From NCBI GenBank assembly GCA_026390695.1, contig JAPLFL010000103.1, positions 8,963 through 72,962 of the forward strand: a stretch of 64,000 nucleotides of DNA, in the 5' to 3' direction. Within the stretch, counting starts at the first letter, position 1. Each line of letters starts with the position of its first letter. Both the position numbers and the translations under genes were made by a program. The notes under the pieces are model-generated. The model had not been told where the DNA came from, made no database searches, and saw nothing but the letters and a program-made list of their open reading frames with translations. Shown in pieces: positions 1 through 8,205 of the stretch. The DNA is from Candidatus Kapaibacterium sp. (GTDB lineage: Bacteria > Bacteroidota > Ignavibacteria > Kapaibacteriales > UBA2268).

Positions 1-858
1 TTTGAAGCACTACAAAAGATAACAAAGAAGGATTTTAAAATTACTTATCACAGTATAGATTTATCGTTCTTTCAGAAACTTCAAAATTTCTATATTGACG
101 TGAAAAAGCACAATAATAATAACATTCGTAAAAATCTACAATTTATCAGAGTGTTTCTTCAATGGTCTGAGGATAATGGCATCCAAATAAACCAGTCTTA
201 TCATAAATTCAAACTTAACCGTGAAGAAGAACGGGACATTATTTTCATCACTGAAGAAGAACTACTCAGTATATTCAATTATGATTTTTCTGATAATGAG
301 AGATATGATCATGCAAGGGATTTATTTATTTTGCAGTGTGCTACAGGTCTAAGAATTTCAGATTTGAAACGGATAACAAAGGATAATATCAAAAATGGAT
401 TTATTGAAATCAGACAGCAAAAAACCTCAAATTTTGTTACAATTCCACTGACTCCCTATTCTGAAATTATCCTGAATAAATATGACGTACTCCCTTCAAT
501 CTCTGAAGTAGAGCTCAATAGAACTATTAAGCAAGTCTGCAAAGATTGTGGATTGAATGAGATTATTACGATTAGCAGCAAGTCAGGGAACAAACTGAAT
601 GAAGAAAAATTTGAGAAATGGCAGAAAATAAGTTCCAAAATAGGGCGCTCCACCTTTGCCTCACTCAATTTAGCTAAGGGAGTACCGGAACATATTGTCA
701 AATCTATGACAGGTCATAAGGATTCGAGAGCCTTTGCAAAATATGTAGGAGTCTCAAAACAAATCCAAAAAGAAGCCACTGAAAAAGCGTGGAGAGCTCC
801 CACAGACGATGGAACTATAATTAAGATAATCAAACATCAACATAAAAAAGTTGGTTAA
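1..858 (+). CDS. Tyrosine recombinase/phage integrase, Bacteroidota-type with SAM-like domain; 5' end lies before the window
   Basis: Frame +1 is open from base 1 (FEALQKITKKDFKITY...). Catalytic motifs: GLRISDL (R), RQQKT (K), SSKIGR (HxxR position), MTGHKD (H), FAKYV (Y). Confidence 0.92.
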   Translation, partial: FEALQKITKKDFKITYHSIDLSFFQKLQNFYIDVKKHNNNNIRKNLQFIRVFLQWSEDNGIQINQSYHKFKLNREEERDIIFITEEELLSIFNYDFSDNERYDHARDLFILQCATGLRISDLKRITKDNIKNGFIEIRQQKTSNFVTIPLTPYSEIILNKYDVLPSISEVELNRTIKQVCKDCGLNEIITISSKSGNKLNEEKFEKWQKISSKIGRSTFASLNLAKGVPEHIVKSMTGHKDSRAFAKYVGVSKQIQKEATEKAWRAPTDDGTIIKIIKHQHKKVG

Positions 859-909
859 GTTTTCCAACTTCAATTTTTATATTTATTCATTTTATCAAAG
901 GGATAAACA

Positions 910-1218
910 ATGGAATTTAATCCGAACATTTACAGTATTAGTCGAGAGGAATATTATGAATGCCACCCGACCGCCGCTTCACTGGACATTATTTACCTTG
1001 CCTTAGATTCAATCATTAATCGAATGAGAAAAGAAAATGGTACAATTGGCACAGACGAATTGAAAGTGATGTATATGAGACCTTTACAAGCTATAAAAGA
1101 AACTATTAACAGATTAAGCCATGATATTGAGATAGAAGAACTTAATAATGAGAAACGTTCTTTCTTAGATAGAGGATACACAGATATGAAAGAAAATACT
1201 ATGTTTGAATATAATTAA
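910..1218 (+). CDS. Hypothetical protein (102 aa) downstream of the integrase
   Basis: ATG ORF preceded by AAAGGGA and followed by a terminator; no recognisable motif. Confidence 0.65.
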   Translation: MEFNPNIYSISREEYYECHPTAASLDIIYLALDSIINRMRKENGTIGTDELKVMYMRPLQAIKETINRLSHDIEIEELNNEKRSFLDRGYTDMKENTMFEYN

Positions 1219-1227
1219 TTTATCCAT

Positions 1228-1257
1228 CCGCCTTCAGCAGCACTGAGGGCGGTTTTT
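1228..1257 (+). terminator. Rho-independent terminator
   Basis: CCGCCTTCAG-cagca-CTGAGGGCGG stem (one G-U pair) followed by TTTTT. Confidence 0.8.
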
Positions 1258-1477
1258 AATATCCTACAATGAAATAATAGAATTAGTATTTTAATTACAT
1301 TTTATGAAACTGCTAATATCTCTATTAATATACAAAAATTTATTTGATAAATAAAAAAGTAATTAGTGCAGTAAATAACGGCAGCGTTTACTTTTTTGAA
1401 TGGCGGAAATAGGAATATAAGTTTGCTTATGTTTTTATATTGAAAATATATTTTTGTTTTATTCATTGAGGTTTTAT

Positions 1478-1678
1478 ATGACAAACACGCTCCACACAGA
1501 AAAGGAAATGTTATCCTTCAAAGAATTCCTGACATACACAGGATATTCCAAACACCAAGCCTACAAATTAACATCTACCGGACGGATTAAACATTTTAAG
1601 CCAACTGGAAAAGTTATTTTCTTCAAAAAATCCGATGTTGATGAGTTTTTACAAACTAATCCAAAGGGAGTAAAATAA
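1478..1678 (+). CDS. Excisionase/AlpA-like HTH_17 DNA-binding protein
   Basis: MLSFKEFLTYTGYSKHQAYKLTSTGRIKHFKPTGKVIFFKKSDVDEFL matches the Bacteroidota excisionase pattern. The ATG at 1478 follows GAGG. Confidence 0.8.
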   Translation: MTNTLHTEKEMLSFKEFLTYTGYSKHQAYKLTSTGRIKHFKPTGKVIFFKKSDVDEFLQTNPKGVK

Positions 1679-1977
1679 TGGAAAATAGACAAGTATTTGT
1701 AGGCATATCTATTGATGAACTTAGTAACGTAATCCGTAATGAAGTTCAATCAGTAATGAATGAATTAATTCCAAAATCACAATCTAAAGTTATTAATCCA
1801 CCTGAAGCCGATTTGATCAATGCTAAAGAAGCTCAAAAGATTCTTAATTGTTCTTTTGGTACTTTGGTTAATTATCGGAAATCCGGTAAACTACAAGCTC
1901 GGAGATTTGGACGGAAATTATTTTTCTCGAAATCGGAAATCCTCAAAAGTTTGGAAAATAAGTTTGGAGTGATTTAG
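1678..1977 (+). CDS. HTH_17 (MerR-like) DNA-binding protein
   Basis: LINAKEAQKILNCSFGTLVNYRKSGKLQARRFGRKLFFSKSEI, preceded by the N-terminal 'IDELSNVIRNEV' helix typical of this family in integrative elements. Confidence 0.8.
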   Translation: MENRQVFVGISIDELSNVIRNEVQSVMNELIPKSQSKVINPPEADLINAKEAQKILNCSFGTLVNYRKSGKLQARRFGRKLFFSKSEILKSLENKFGVI

Positions 1978-2162
1978 TGGAGACAGACAATAGTAAATCG
2001 AACAAGCGTAATAAGCTGCTAAATGGCAAATATCCTCAGATCATAGAACATGGCAAGAAATATGCCTGTTATCCTGAAAGAACGTCCATTAATGGCAGAT
2101 TTAGCAGCTTAAAGAACTACGGCAGACGTAAACCCGTAACAGTCAGGAAAAGGCGGTTATGA
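1977..2162 (+). CDS. Small basic hypothetical protein
   Basis: GTG ORF overlapping both neighbours, consistent with translational coupling; no motif. Confidence 0.4.
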   Translation: METDNSKSNKRNKLLNGKYPQIIEHGKKYACYPERTSINGRFSSLKNYGRRKPVTVRKRRL

Positions 2163-2989
2163 TGGAAAAAGAAGAAGTTAAGTATTTTAATTTTCCTATT
2201 CAGTTACTCAGTGGATTTTTAGAGGATAGTAAAACAGCATTATATAATATTTTAACCTATGGAATTTATTCCTTTGCAGTTGATTATAATGAGGCAGAAA
2301 CCATTGAGAAAAAAATTAAGGCAAGTACAGATTATCATAATGTAAAACTTGGCAATATTCCGAACACAATAAAGCTCGGAAAAGATCTGTACGACAAATT
2401 TCATAAGGGGAGTCCAATGAGTGGAATAGAGTTGAAAGTATTCTGGACTTATTATGACGAGTATAAAGATGAGACTTTGCCTAAGAAGTCCGATTTTGAA
2501 AAGGTCTGTCTATTAGGATTCTTAGCTTTAAAATCAATACTTGGTGAAAAACCTTATTGCCATGTTTTTAATGATTATTGGCTTGCACGTATGGACGGAA
2601 AAGTAAAAAGAATATACGATGTTAATGAACTATCAGAAAAAATCAGACCTTATCACTCTGAAAGAAATCCAAGAAAAATAAAAACGGAACTGGCAGCAAA
2701 ATGGAATTTGAAACACTATTCCAAAAAAGGAATGAGAGGATTCTATGTAAGTTTAGAGCCCAAAATGACCACTAAAGATTTAATTAAGCAAGTAATGATT
2801 AGGAAAAATAAATCTATACTTGAAAAAAAGATGGGTAACAATCAGATCAAAAAGTATGAAGAAGAAATTTTGCAAGAATTAAATTTCATGCCAACGATCA
2901 AACAATCATCATCAAACAAAAACCAGTCAGTAGCTCCACCGGAAATTAATGATATTTCTTTTCCTGACTGGAATGATCCTTTTGCATAA
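2159..2989 (+). CDS. Hypothetical protein, candidate replication initiator of the element
   Basis: 276-aa ORF (KYFNFPIQLL...ALKSILG.KPYC...WNLKHYS...RGFYVS) located just upstream of the iteron cluster. The function is inferred from position only. Confidence 0.6.
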   Translation: MMEKEEVKYFNFPIQLLSGFLEDSKTALYNILTYGIYSFAVDYNEAETIEKKIKASTDYHNVKLGNIPNTIKLGKDLYDKFHKGSPMSGIELKVFWTYYDEYKDETLPKKSDFEKVCLLGFLALKSILGEKPYCHVFNDYWLARMDGKVKRIYDVNELSEKIRPYHSERNPRKIKTELAAKWNLKHYSKKGMRGFYVSLEPKMTTKDLIKQVMIRKNKSILEKKMGNNQIKKYEEEILQELNFMPTIKQSSSNKNQSVAPPEINDISFPDWNDPFA

Positions 2990-3038
2990 TCAAAAAAATC
3001 AAATCAAATTATTTATTCAAATTTAAGAAAGTTTTAAA

Positions 3039-3287
3039 ATGGAATTAAGTGAACAAGCCAAAGCAGCAAAAAGGCAATATGCCAAAGAATGGAGACGAAA
3101 CAATCCTGAAAAAGTGAAAGAATATTCCAATAGATTTTGGGAACGTCGAGCCGAAAATTTTTCCATTGAGCAAAAAGCAAGGAATTTAAAAGCCGATGGA
3201 ATGACTCAAAGAGAAATTTCTAAGGCTCTAAATATTTCACTTGGACTTGTAAATAAGTACGTGAACAAGCGTGAACATGAATATTGA
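3039..3287 (+). CDS. Small protein with C-terminal helix-turn-helix
   Basis: GMTQREISKALNISLGLVNKY HTH, with a basic N-terminus (RQYAKEWRRNNPEKVKEY). Confidence 0.75.
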   Translation: MELSEQAKAAKRQYAKEWRRNNPEKVKEYSNRFWERRAENFSIEQKARNLKADGMTQREISKALNISLGLVNKYVNKREHEY

Positions 3288-3462
3288 TTTGTCGAACAAG
3301 CGTCGAACAAGTTGTCGAACTATATAAAGCGTCGAACAAGTTGTCGTTAGTAGTGTCGTTAGTAGTGTCGTTAGTAGTGTCGAACTATATAAATCTTATT
3401 CTTATAAATATTATCTTATAAATATTATCTTATACACTTGTTCAATTTTAAAAAAATTGAAC
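3261..3462. repeat. Iteron-like direct repeats, AT-rich repeats and a hairpin: putative replication origin
   Basis: GTCG cores at 3291, 3302, 3314, 3331, 3343, 3355, 3367 and 3379. GTCGTTAGTAGT x3, CTTATAAATATTAT x2, and the hairpin GTTCAATTTT-aaa-AAAATTGAAC (3440-3462). Confidence 0.7.
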
Positions 3463-3520
3463 GTGTGAGTTTTTTTAGAAATGAATTTGAAATCTATTTT
3501 GCAATTAATCAGAGGATAAA

Positions 3521-3943
3521 ATGAAATACTCAAAAGCAATCACTGAATCAATAGTGATGGAACTGAGACAAGGAAATGGCAGAGTAAGAACCTGTAAAGC
3601 AGTTGGAATTACTCACGAAACTTTTATGAATTGGATTACAAAATATTCCGAGTTTTCCGACACTATAAAAAAAGCAGAGAAAGCCGGTATTATGTTAAAG
3701 AAAGAAGAAGCCGAACAATGTATCCGAGAGGCACAAAAAAAGCAATGGCAAGCCGCCGCTTGGTTTTTAGAGCGTAAATTTCCAAAAGAGTACGGACGTA
3801 AAGAAAATATTGAGATGCACGGAAATATGAAGAACGATATAAAAATGAATATGCCAATATTATCACCTGTACCACAAACTGAAGAAGAAATGGAACTGAA
3901 AGATAGATTACTGGTATTGATGGAAAAAAATAGAAATAACTAA
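3521..3943 (+). CDS. Terminase small subunit-like protein
   Basis: N-terminal HTH (CKAVGITHETFMNW), then SEFSDTIKKAE, WQAAAWFLERKFPKEYGRK and the C-terminal strand IEMHG. This is the pattern of phage DNA-packaging small subunits. Confidence 0.65.
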   Translation: MKYSKAITESIVMELRQGNGRVRTCKAVGITHETFMNWITKYSEFSDTIKKAEKAGIMLKKEEAEQCIREAQKKQWQAAAWFLERKFPKEYGRKENIEMHGNMKNDIKMNMPILSPVPQTEEEMELKDRLLVLMEKNRNN

Positions 3944-3952
3944 TTTAAGGAA

Positions 3953-4339
3953 ATGATCATGCAAAAAGAATCACAAAACACACAGATAATCACAAATAGA
4001 AAAATATTCATTGACAATGCTGAATTAATCAATAGTACAGTATTGCAAATTATTTCAGAACATGATGGAAATAGAATGCCAAGTCTGAAGGAAATTTCCG
4101 AACGAACGGGACTTCATATAAACACAGTATCTAAGCACTACAAGAAATTAAAATTTGAGCCGAAAATAAGTCCGGTACGTTCATTATCTCCAATAGTGAT
4201 TTACAATATTTTCAACCTCACGAAAACAAGCGTCTCTGCCTGTGCTCTGTGGTTTAAAATCATAGAAGGGTGGGTGGAACGTGCTGAAGTTGAACATTCA
4301 GGAACTATTGTTGTACAATTGCCAAAAGAATTAGAATAG
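3953..4339 (+). CDS. HTH protein with TerS-like C-terminus
   Basis: PSLKEISERTGLHINTVSKHY HTH; ends WVERAEVEHSGTIVVQLP, where EVEHSG is typical of TerS oligomerisation strands. Confidence 0.55.
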   Translation: MIMQKESQNTQIITNRKIFIDNAELINSTVLQIISEHDGNRMPSLKEISERTGLHINTVSKHYKKLKFEPKISPVRSLSPIVIYNIFNLTKTSVSACALWFKIIEGWVERAEVEHSGTIVVQLPKELE

Positions 4340-4350
4340 GGAGCTATTTT

Positions 4351-4710
4351 CTATGAGTTCACTATTTTTATTAATTTTTTTTGTTCTTCAGACAAAGAAC
4401 TATACAGTTCCTCAGCTGAGTATTTTTTACCATCAGAATCAACACCACTTTGCATTTTTTTTGCAAAGCTGTAATCAGATTGGTTAATAATTTCAAAATA
4501 CTCTTTTAAGGATATACCTAATGTTTTTGGGTCAGTAATCGGAATTGAACTTTGCATTTTGTCTGCAAAACTGTAATCTGATTTGATCATCATTTCTTGC
4601 ATGGTTAATAATTTACCTTCAGGTTCTTTCATTCCACCTTGCATTTTATCGGCAAAACTATAATTCTTTTCGCTTGCCTGTATTCTTTTTCTCTGTTCTT
4701 CAGTTAGCAT
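4351..4710 (-). CDS. Hypothetical protein with three (S)DYSFA(D/K)KMQ repeats
   Basis: NYSFADKMQ, SDYSFADKMQ and SDYSFAKKMQ within 119 aa; convergent with the TerS-like genes. Confidence 0.7.
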   Translation of the reverse strand: MLTEEQRKRIQASEKNYSFADKMQGGMKEPEGKLLTMQEMMIKSDYSFADKMQSSIPITDPKTLGISLKEYFEIINQSDYSFAKKMQSGVDSDGKKYSAEELYSSLSEEQKKLIKIVNS

Positions 4711-5027
4711 AATTTTTCTTTCAGTTATTCAGTACCTCTTAACAACTGGACTGTCATTATTTGACGGTCTTATAGTTTTTTTATTTGAAATCCTTCAAAC
4801 ATGGCTCCCTATGCTGCTAATGAGTGCCTTACACAAATACGTTTTAACGTACTTTTATGCTGCAAGGCATAATTAGCACCCTTAACCATATATTAAATAT
4901 GAATTTAGCAGCTTAAAACCCTTCACTAAGAAGTGAAATTAAGATGAGAAATTCAATCATTAATTTTCATCAATTAGGTTTGACAACTGATCATAAATCA
5001 GACCTAAAAAATATCTAAAATAGTTCA

Positions 5028-5048
5028 TTCCGTTCTATTTCCGTTCTA
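5028..5048. promoter_or_regulatory. Putative integrase arm-type binding sites
   Basis: TTCCGTTCTA at 5028 and 5039 (11-bp period), about 60 bp from the tmRNA 3' end. Confidence 0.45.
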
Positions 5049-5105
5049 ATCTGTTTTTACGTACCTGAAAAAGCAGAGCCAGTGCAGGAAATAATTTTTG
5101 TCAAG

Positions 5106-5467
5106 TGGAGATGGCGGGAGTCGAACCCGCGTCCAAAGTGCCTCTTTCGTAGCTTCTACATGTTTATTTGATCTATAATTTCCCGCCTTCGATTCTGCCG
5201 ATCAACAGGCACTCGAACGCTAACAAGTGTGATTTCTCAAAGCAAGTCCACCCGTGAAACTTACTCCCAGCCTATCTTAAAGCGACACCTCAGTCAAAAC
5301 CGATAGGTAAACCCTGCCTGAGATGTGGCCGGTAAACTTAATTAAGCAGCCATTGCATAGTTATAGTTGTCATTTTTTGTATCAGCAGTTGAATTTACGT
5401 GCGCCACCGCTTAAGCACGACATGCCACTTACGACCTCGTCCACCCTGTCGAAGCCATTTCATCCCC
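5106..5467 (-). ncRNA. ssrA: tmRNA (SsrA)
   Basis: The minus strand starts GGGGATGAAATGGCTTCGAC and ends GGACGCGGGTTCGACTCCCGCCATCTCCA. The internal tag ORF ends in YAMAA-TAA. Confidence 0.97.
5342..5386 (-). other. tmRNA tag reading frame, (A)ADTKNDNYNYAMAA*
   Basis: GCT GAT ACA AAA AAT GAC AAC TAT AAC TAT GCA ATG GCT GCT TAA. The resume codon is inferred from the upstream TCAACT. Confidence 0.75.
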
Positions 5468-5713
5468 GAATGAGTTGAAAGTTTATAAAGTTCATAAAGT
5501 TTATGGTTGATTTTTATTAATTTATGAGTTTATTTATTTCAATTCAAAATGGATATTTTATTCCTTGTTTGAAACTTAAAAACATGATGAGAGACAATTA
5601 GTAGGCCTACTGTAGCTCAGGCATACTTGTCAATATAATTTCTCAATTTCAAAAGGATTTAATATATTAATTTTAACAACTTTCAAAGAACTAATATCTA
5701 TAAACGAATCTTA

Positions 5714-6499
5714 TTAAAATTTATTTTTAATATGCCACATTATTTTTTCAATTCTTTTTATCATTGAGCGTTTTATTCGGCTGTTCGATTTCCTTGTACT
5801 TTCTAAAATCATGGGATAATCCGAATCAGGATATAAATTTTCCAATCCTTTACCAAATTGTGAAGGATCTCGAAATGCTTTTAAGCCGTATTTTTTTGTT
5901 AATAAACTAAATATTGATAAATCATGTCGATGCTCAATAAATTCCGGATATTCTTCAAGTCCACAAGAATTTAATTTATCGGTAATTATCCTTTCATCAC
6001 ATGCAAAATTCAGGAATTCATTTATGAATCTTGTCGAGAAATCAGTTTTTTTTATCAAATTATATCCGGCTAATCTTTGAAAAGATTCTGTATATTTTGG
6101 TTCATCGCAATCCATCAGTACAAGGGCATCTCGTTTTGTATATTGCTTTTCCATAAATCTGAGTTCGAAAGGAATAATATCCTGTTTTTCTCTTTTCTGC
6201 AATTCTATCAGTGGATCAATCGAATTTACAAAAATCGATCCTGAATCTGCATAAAACAAATAATCAGCTTCACCGATTAAATCCAATGCTTTTCTGATAA
6301 TGTATGGCTTCCACAGCCAATAACCTCCACCACGTGAATAACCTAAAATCTTTTTATTCTTTTCTTTAAATTCGGAATCAATATCATCAGGTGAATATTC
6401 AATAACTTTATCAAATCCAGCGATCTCATATCCGGTTGTAGTATTTAATTGCTGAGCTTTAGTAAAATTTTTATCAGAATAATTTATCAGTAATTTCAT
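5714..6499 (-). CDS. Glycosyltransferase-like protein
   Basis: RGGGYWLWKPYII, FYADSG (DxD-like) and EHRHDLSIFSLL motifs. Confidence 0.6.
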   Translation of the reverse strand: MKLLINYSDKNFTKAQQLNTTTGYEIAGFDKVIEYSPDDIDSEFKEKNKKILGYSRGGGYWLWKPYIIRKALDLIGEADYLFYADSGSIFVNSIDPLIELQKREKQDIIPFELRFMEKQYTKRDALVLMDCDEPKYTESFQRLAGYNLIKKTDFSTRFINEFLNFACDERIITDKLNSCGLEEYPEFIEHRHDLSIFSLLTKKYGLKAFRDPSQFGKGLENLYPDSDYPMILESTRKSNSRIKRSMIKRIEKIMWHIKNKF

Positions 6500-6644
6500 A
6501 ATTATTAATTAGTATTAGATTTATACGACAACTTACAAGCTTCTGTTCGGAACTGTATTGAGTATGCTTCTAACTTGCTAAAGTTTAGTACAAAAATATT
6601 TTTCCATTATTTATCATTAACCTTTAACCATGCATAATTGACAA

Positions 6645-8021
6645 TCATTTCTTAAGTATAATAAATTCCGTTCTCCGGTTTTGAGCTCTTCCTTCATCAA
6701 GTTTGTTATCAGCTATCGGTTGCTTTTCACCAAAGCCTTTTGAACTTATTCTTGCAGCGGAAATACCTTTATTAACAAGATATTTTTTAACAGCATCGGC
6801 TCTTCGCTGTGAAAGTCTCATATTATATTCTTCATCAGGAGAATTATTTACATTATCAGTATGACCACGAAGCTCGACTTCCATATTAGGATATGATTTC
6901 ATTAGGACAAAGAAATTATCTAATATCGGATTGCTCTCTTTGCTAAGATTTGCCTTATCAAATTCAAATACAACCGGTAATAAACAAACAGTTCCGATAT
7001 CCGGTAAATTATTATAATTTGCGATGGCAATTATTGTTGTATCGGGATAGCAGAATTTCAATGTCAGAGTATGAATCCCAAACTCCTCCGGGCGATATTC
7101 TATCTGGTAATAAGTTCTTAATCGAAAGTAAATATCATCAAACATCTTTGGAAATTCTTCTGTTCTGTAAATATGACGATAAACCCCGCCGCTTGCCAAT
7201 GCAAATTGATTCATATAACCATAATTGATTCCATCACAGAAATCAACTGCATTTATTGATACATTCTTTATAATAGCAAGTTTAATAACAGAATCCTTTT
7301 GAACCGTGGAACTGTTATCAAAGCCATCAGTAAATACAACAACTGCTTTTGTGATTCCTGCAGGCACAGCATCTAACGAATTAATTCCTTCAATTATTCC
7401 ATTTGATATTGCGGTCATTCCACCATAATTTTCCAGACCATTTTTTTGAAATCCGGTTTTAAGTTCATTCTGATTCTGAGTTGCTTTCAACTCAGTTACG
7501 ATATGGTTATCATATTTGATAATTGAATAATAGTCTCTCGGATATTTTTTTTCGATCAATGCTCCAATGGCTTTCTGAACCTCATTAGCACGCCATTGAC
7601 CCATCGACCCGCTATGATCCAAAACGAAGGCAACAGCAATTGTCTGCTCTTCTGCATCAGATTCGCGTAAAATATAATTATTGATTTCCTTTGATTTGCC
7701 ATTAAATTCATCAAAAAATCCGCACCAATTTTTTTTAAAACCTTTACCAGCTGCATCGCTCAGATAGTATTTATTGGAATCCGTCAGATGAACTCTCACC
7801 TTTATCTTCATTGGCTCATGGCTGATAATCTGACTAAGCTCAATCCCCGGTGCTTTCTCTTTACCACTGAATGGAATACTTGTATAAATAAAAGTTGGAT
7901 TATAATCTTTAGGTGGAACTGCATCATTGGTGATTTCGGTCTCACTCTTCTCTTGTAAAAAGCTGCATGAATTTATTAAAAAGGTAGCGCATAAAAGCAG
8001 GATAGTCTTAGTTTTTAACAT
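6645..8021 (-). CDS. VWA-domain plus OmpA-family peptidoglycan-binding lipoprotein
   Basis: Lipobox (INSC), MIDAS DHSGSM, VFTDG, and C-terminal OmpA motifs FEFDKA..GHTD..YNMRLSQRRADAV..GRAQNRRTEF. Confidence 0.88.
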   Translation of the reverse strand: MLKTKTILLLCATFLINSCSFLQEKSETEITNDAVPPKDYNPTFIYTSIPFSGKEKAPGIELSQIISHEPMKIKVRVHLTDSNKYYLSDAAGKGFKKNWCGFFDEFNGKSKEINNYILRESDAEEQTIAVAFVLDHSGSMGQWRANEVQKAIGALIEKKYPRDYYSIIKYDNHIVTELKATQNQNELKTGFQKNGLENYGGMTAISNGIIEGINSLDAVPAGITKAVVVFTDGFDNSSTVQKDSVIKLAIIKNVSINAVDFCDGINYGYMNQFALASGGVYRHIYRTEEFPKMFDDIYFRLRTYYQIEYRPEEFGIHTLTLKFCYPDTTIIAIANYNNLPDIGTVCLLPVVFEFDKANLSKESNPILDNFFVLMKSYPNMEVELRGHTDNVNNSPDEEYNMRLSQRRADAVKKYLVNKGISAARISSKGFGEKQPIADNKLDEGRAQNRRTEFIILKK

Positions 8022-8205
8022 ATATTTTCCAAAAATATTTCATAAGTTCAAAGATTATTAATAATTATTAAATAAACAATCATAAAACGATTATTACATC
8101 TAATTATTTTCTTCTTATGATGTGTTCTAATAAAAAATCAACAATAATAAGAATAATAATCTGTTTTTTTCGTCTAACTAATAAATTAATCAAAATTGAG
8201 GATAT

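Larger units (their letters stand above)
1..5105. mobile_element. Integrative element at the tmRNA 3' end, phage-satellite/PICI-like; far boundary is outside the window
   Basis: Integrase, two HTH_17-like genes, an iteron cluster and two TerS-like genes directly abut the tmRNA CCA end (5106). Tandem 10-bp repeats lie near the junction. Confidence 0.75.

Noticed and set aside
5478-5515. AAAGTTTAT/AAAGTTCAT 9-mer repeats (similar at about 23380 and 39285)
   Set aside because: Too short and low in complexity to assign a function from this window.
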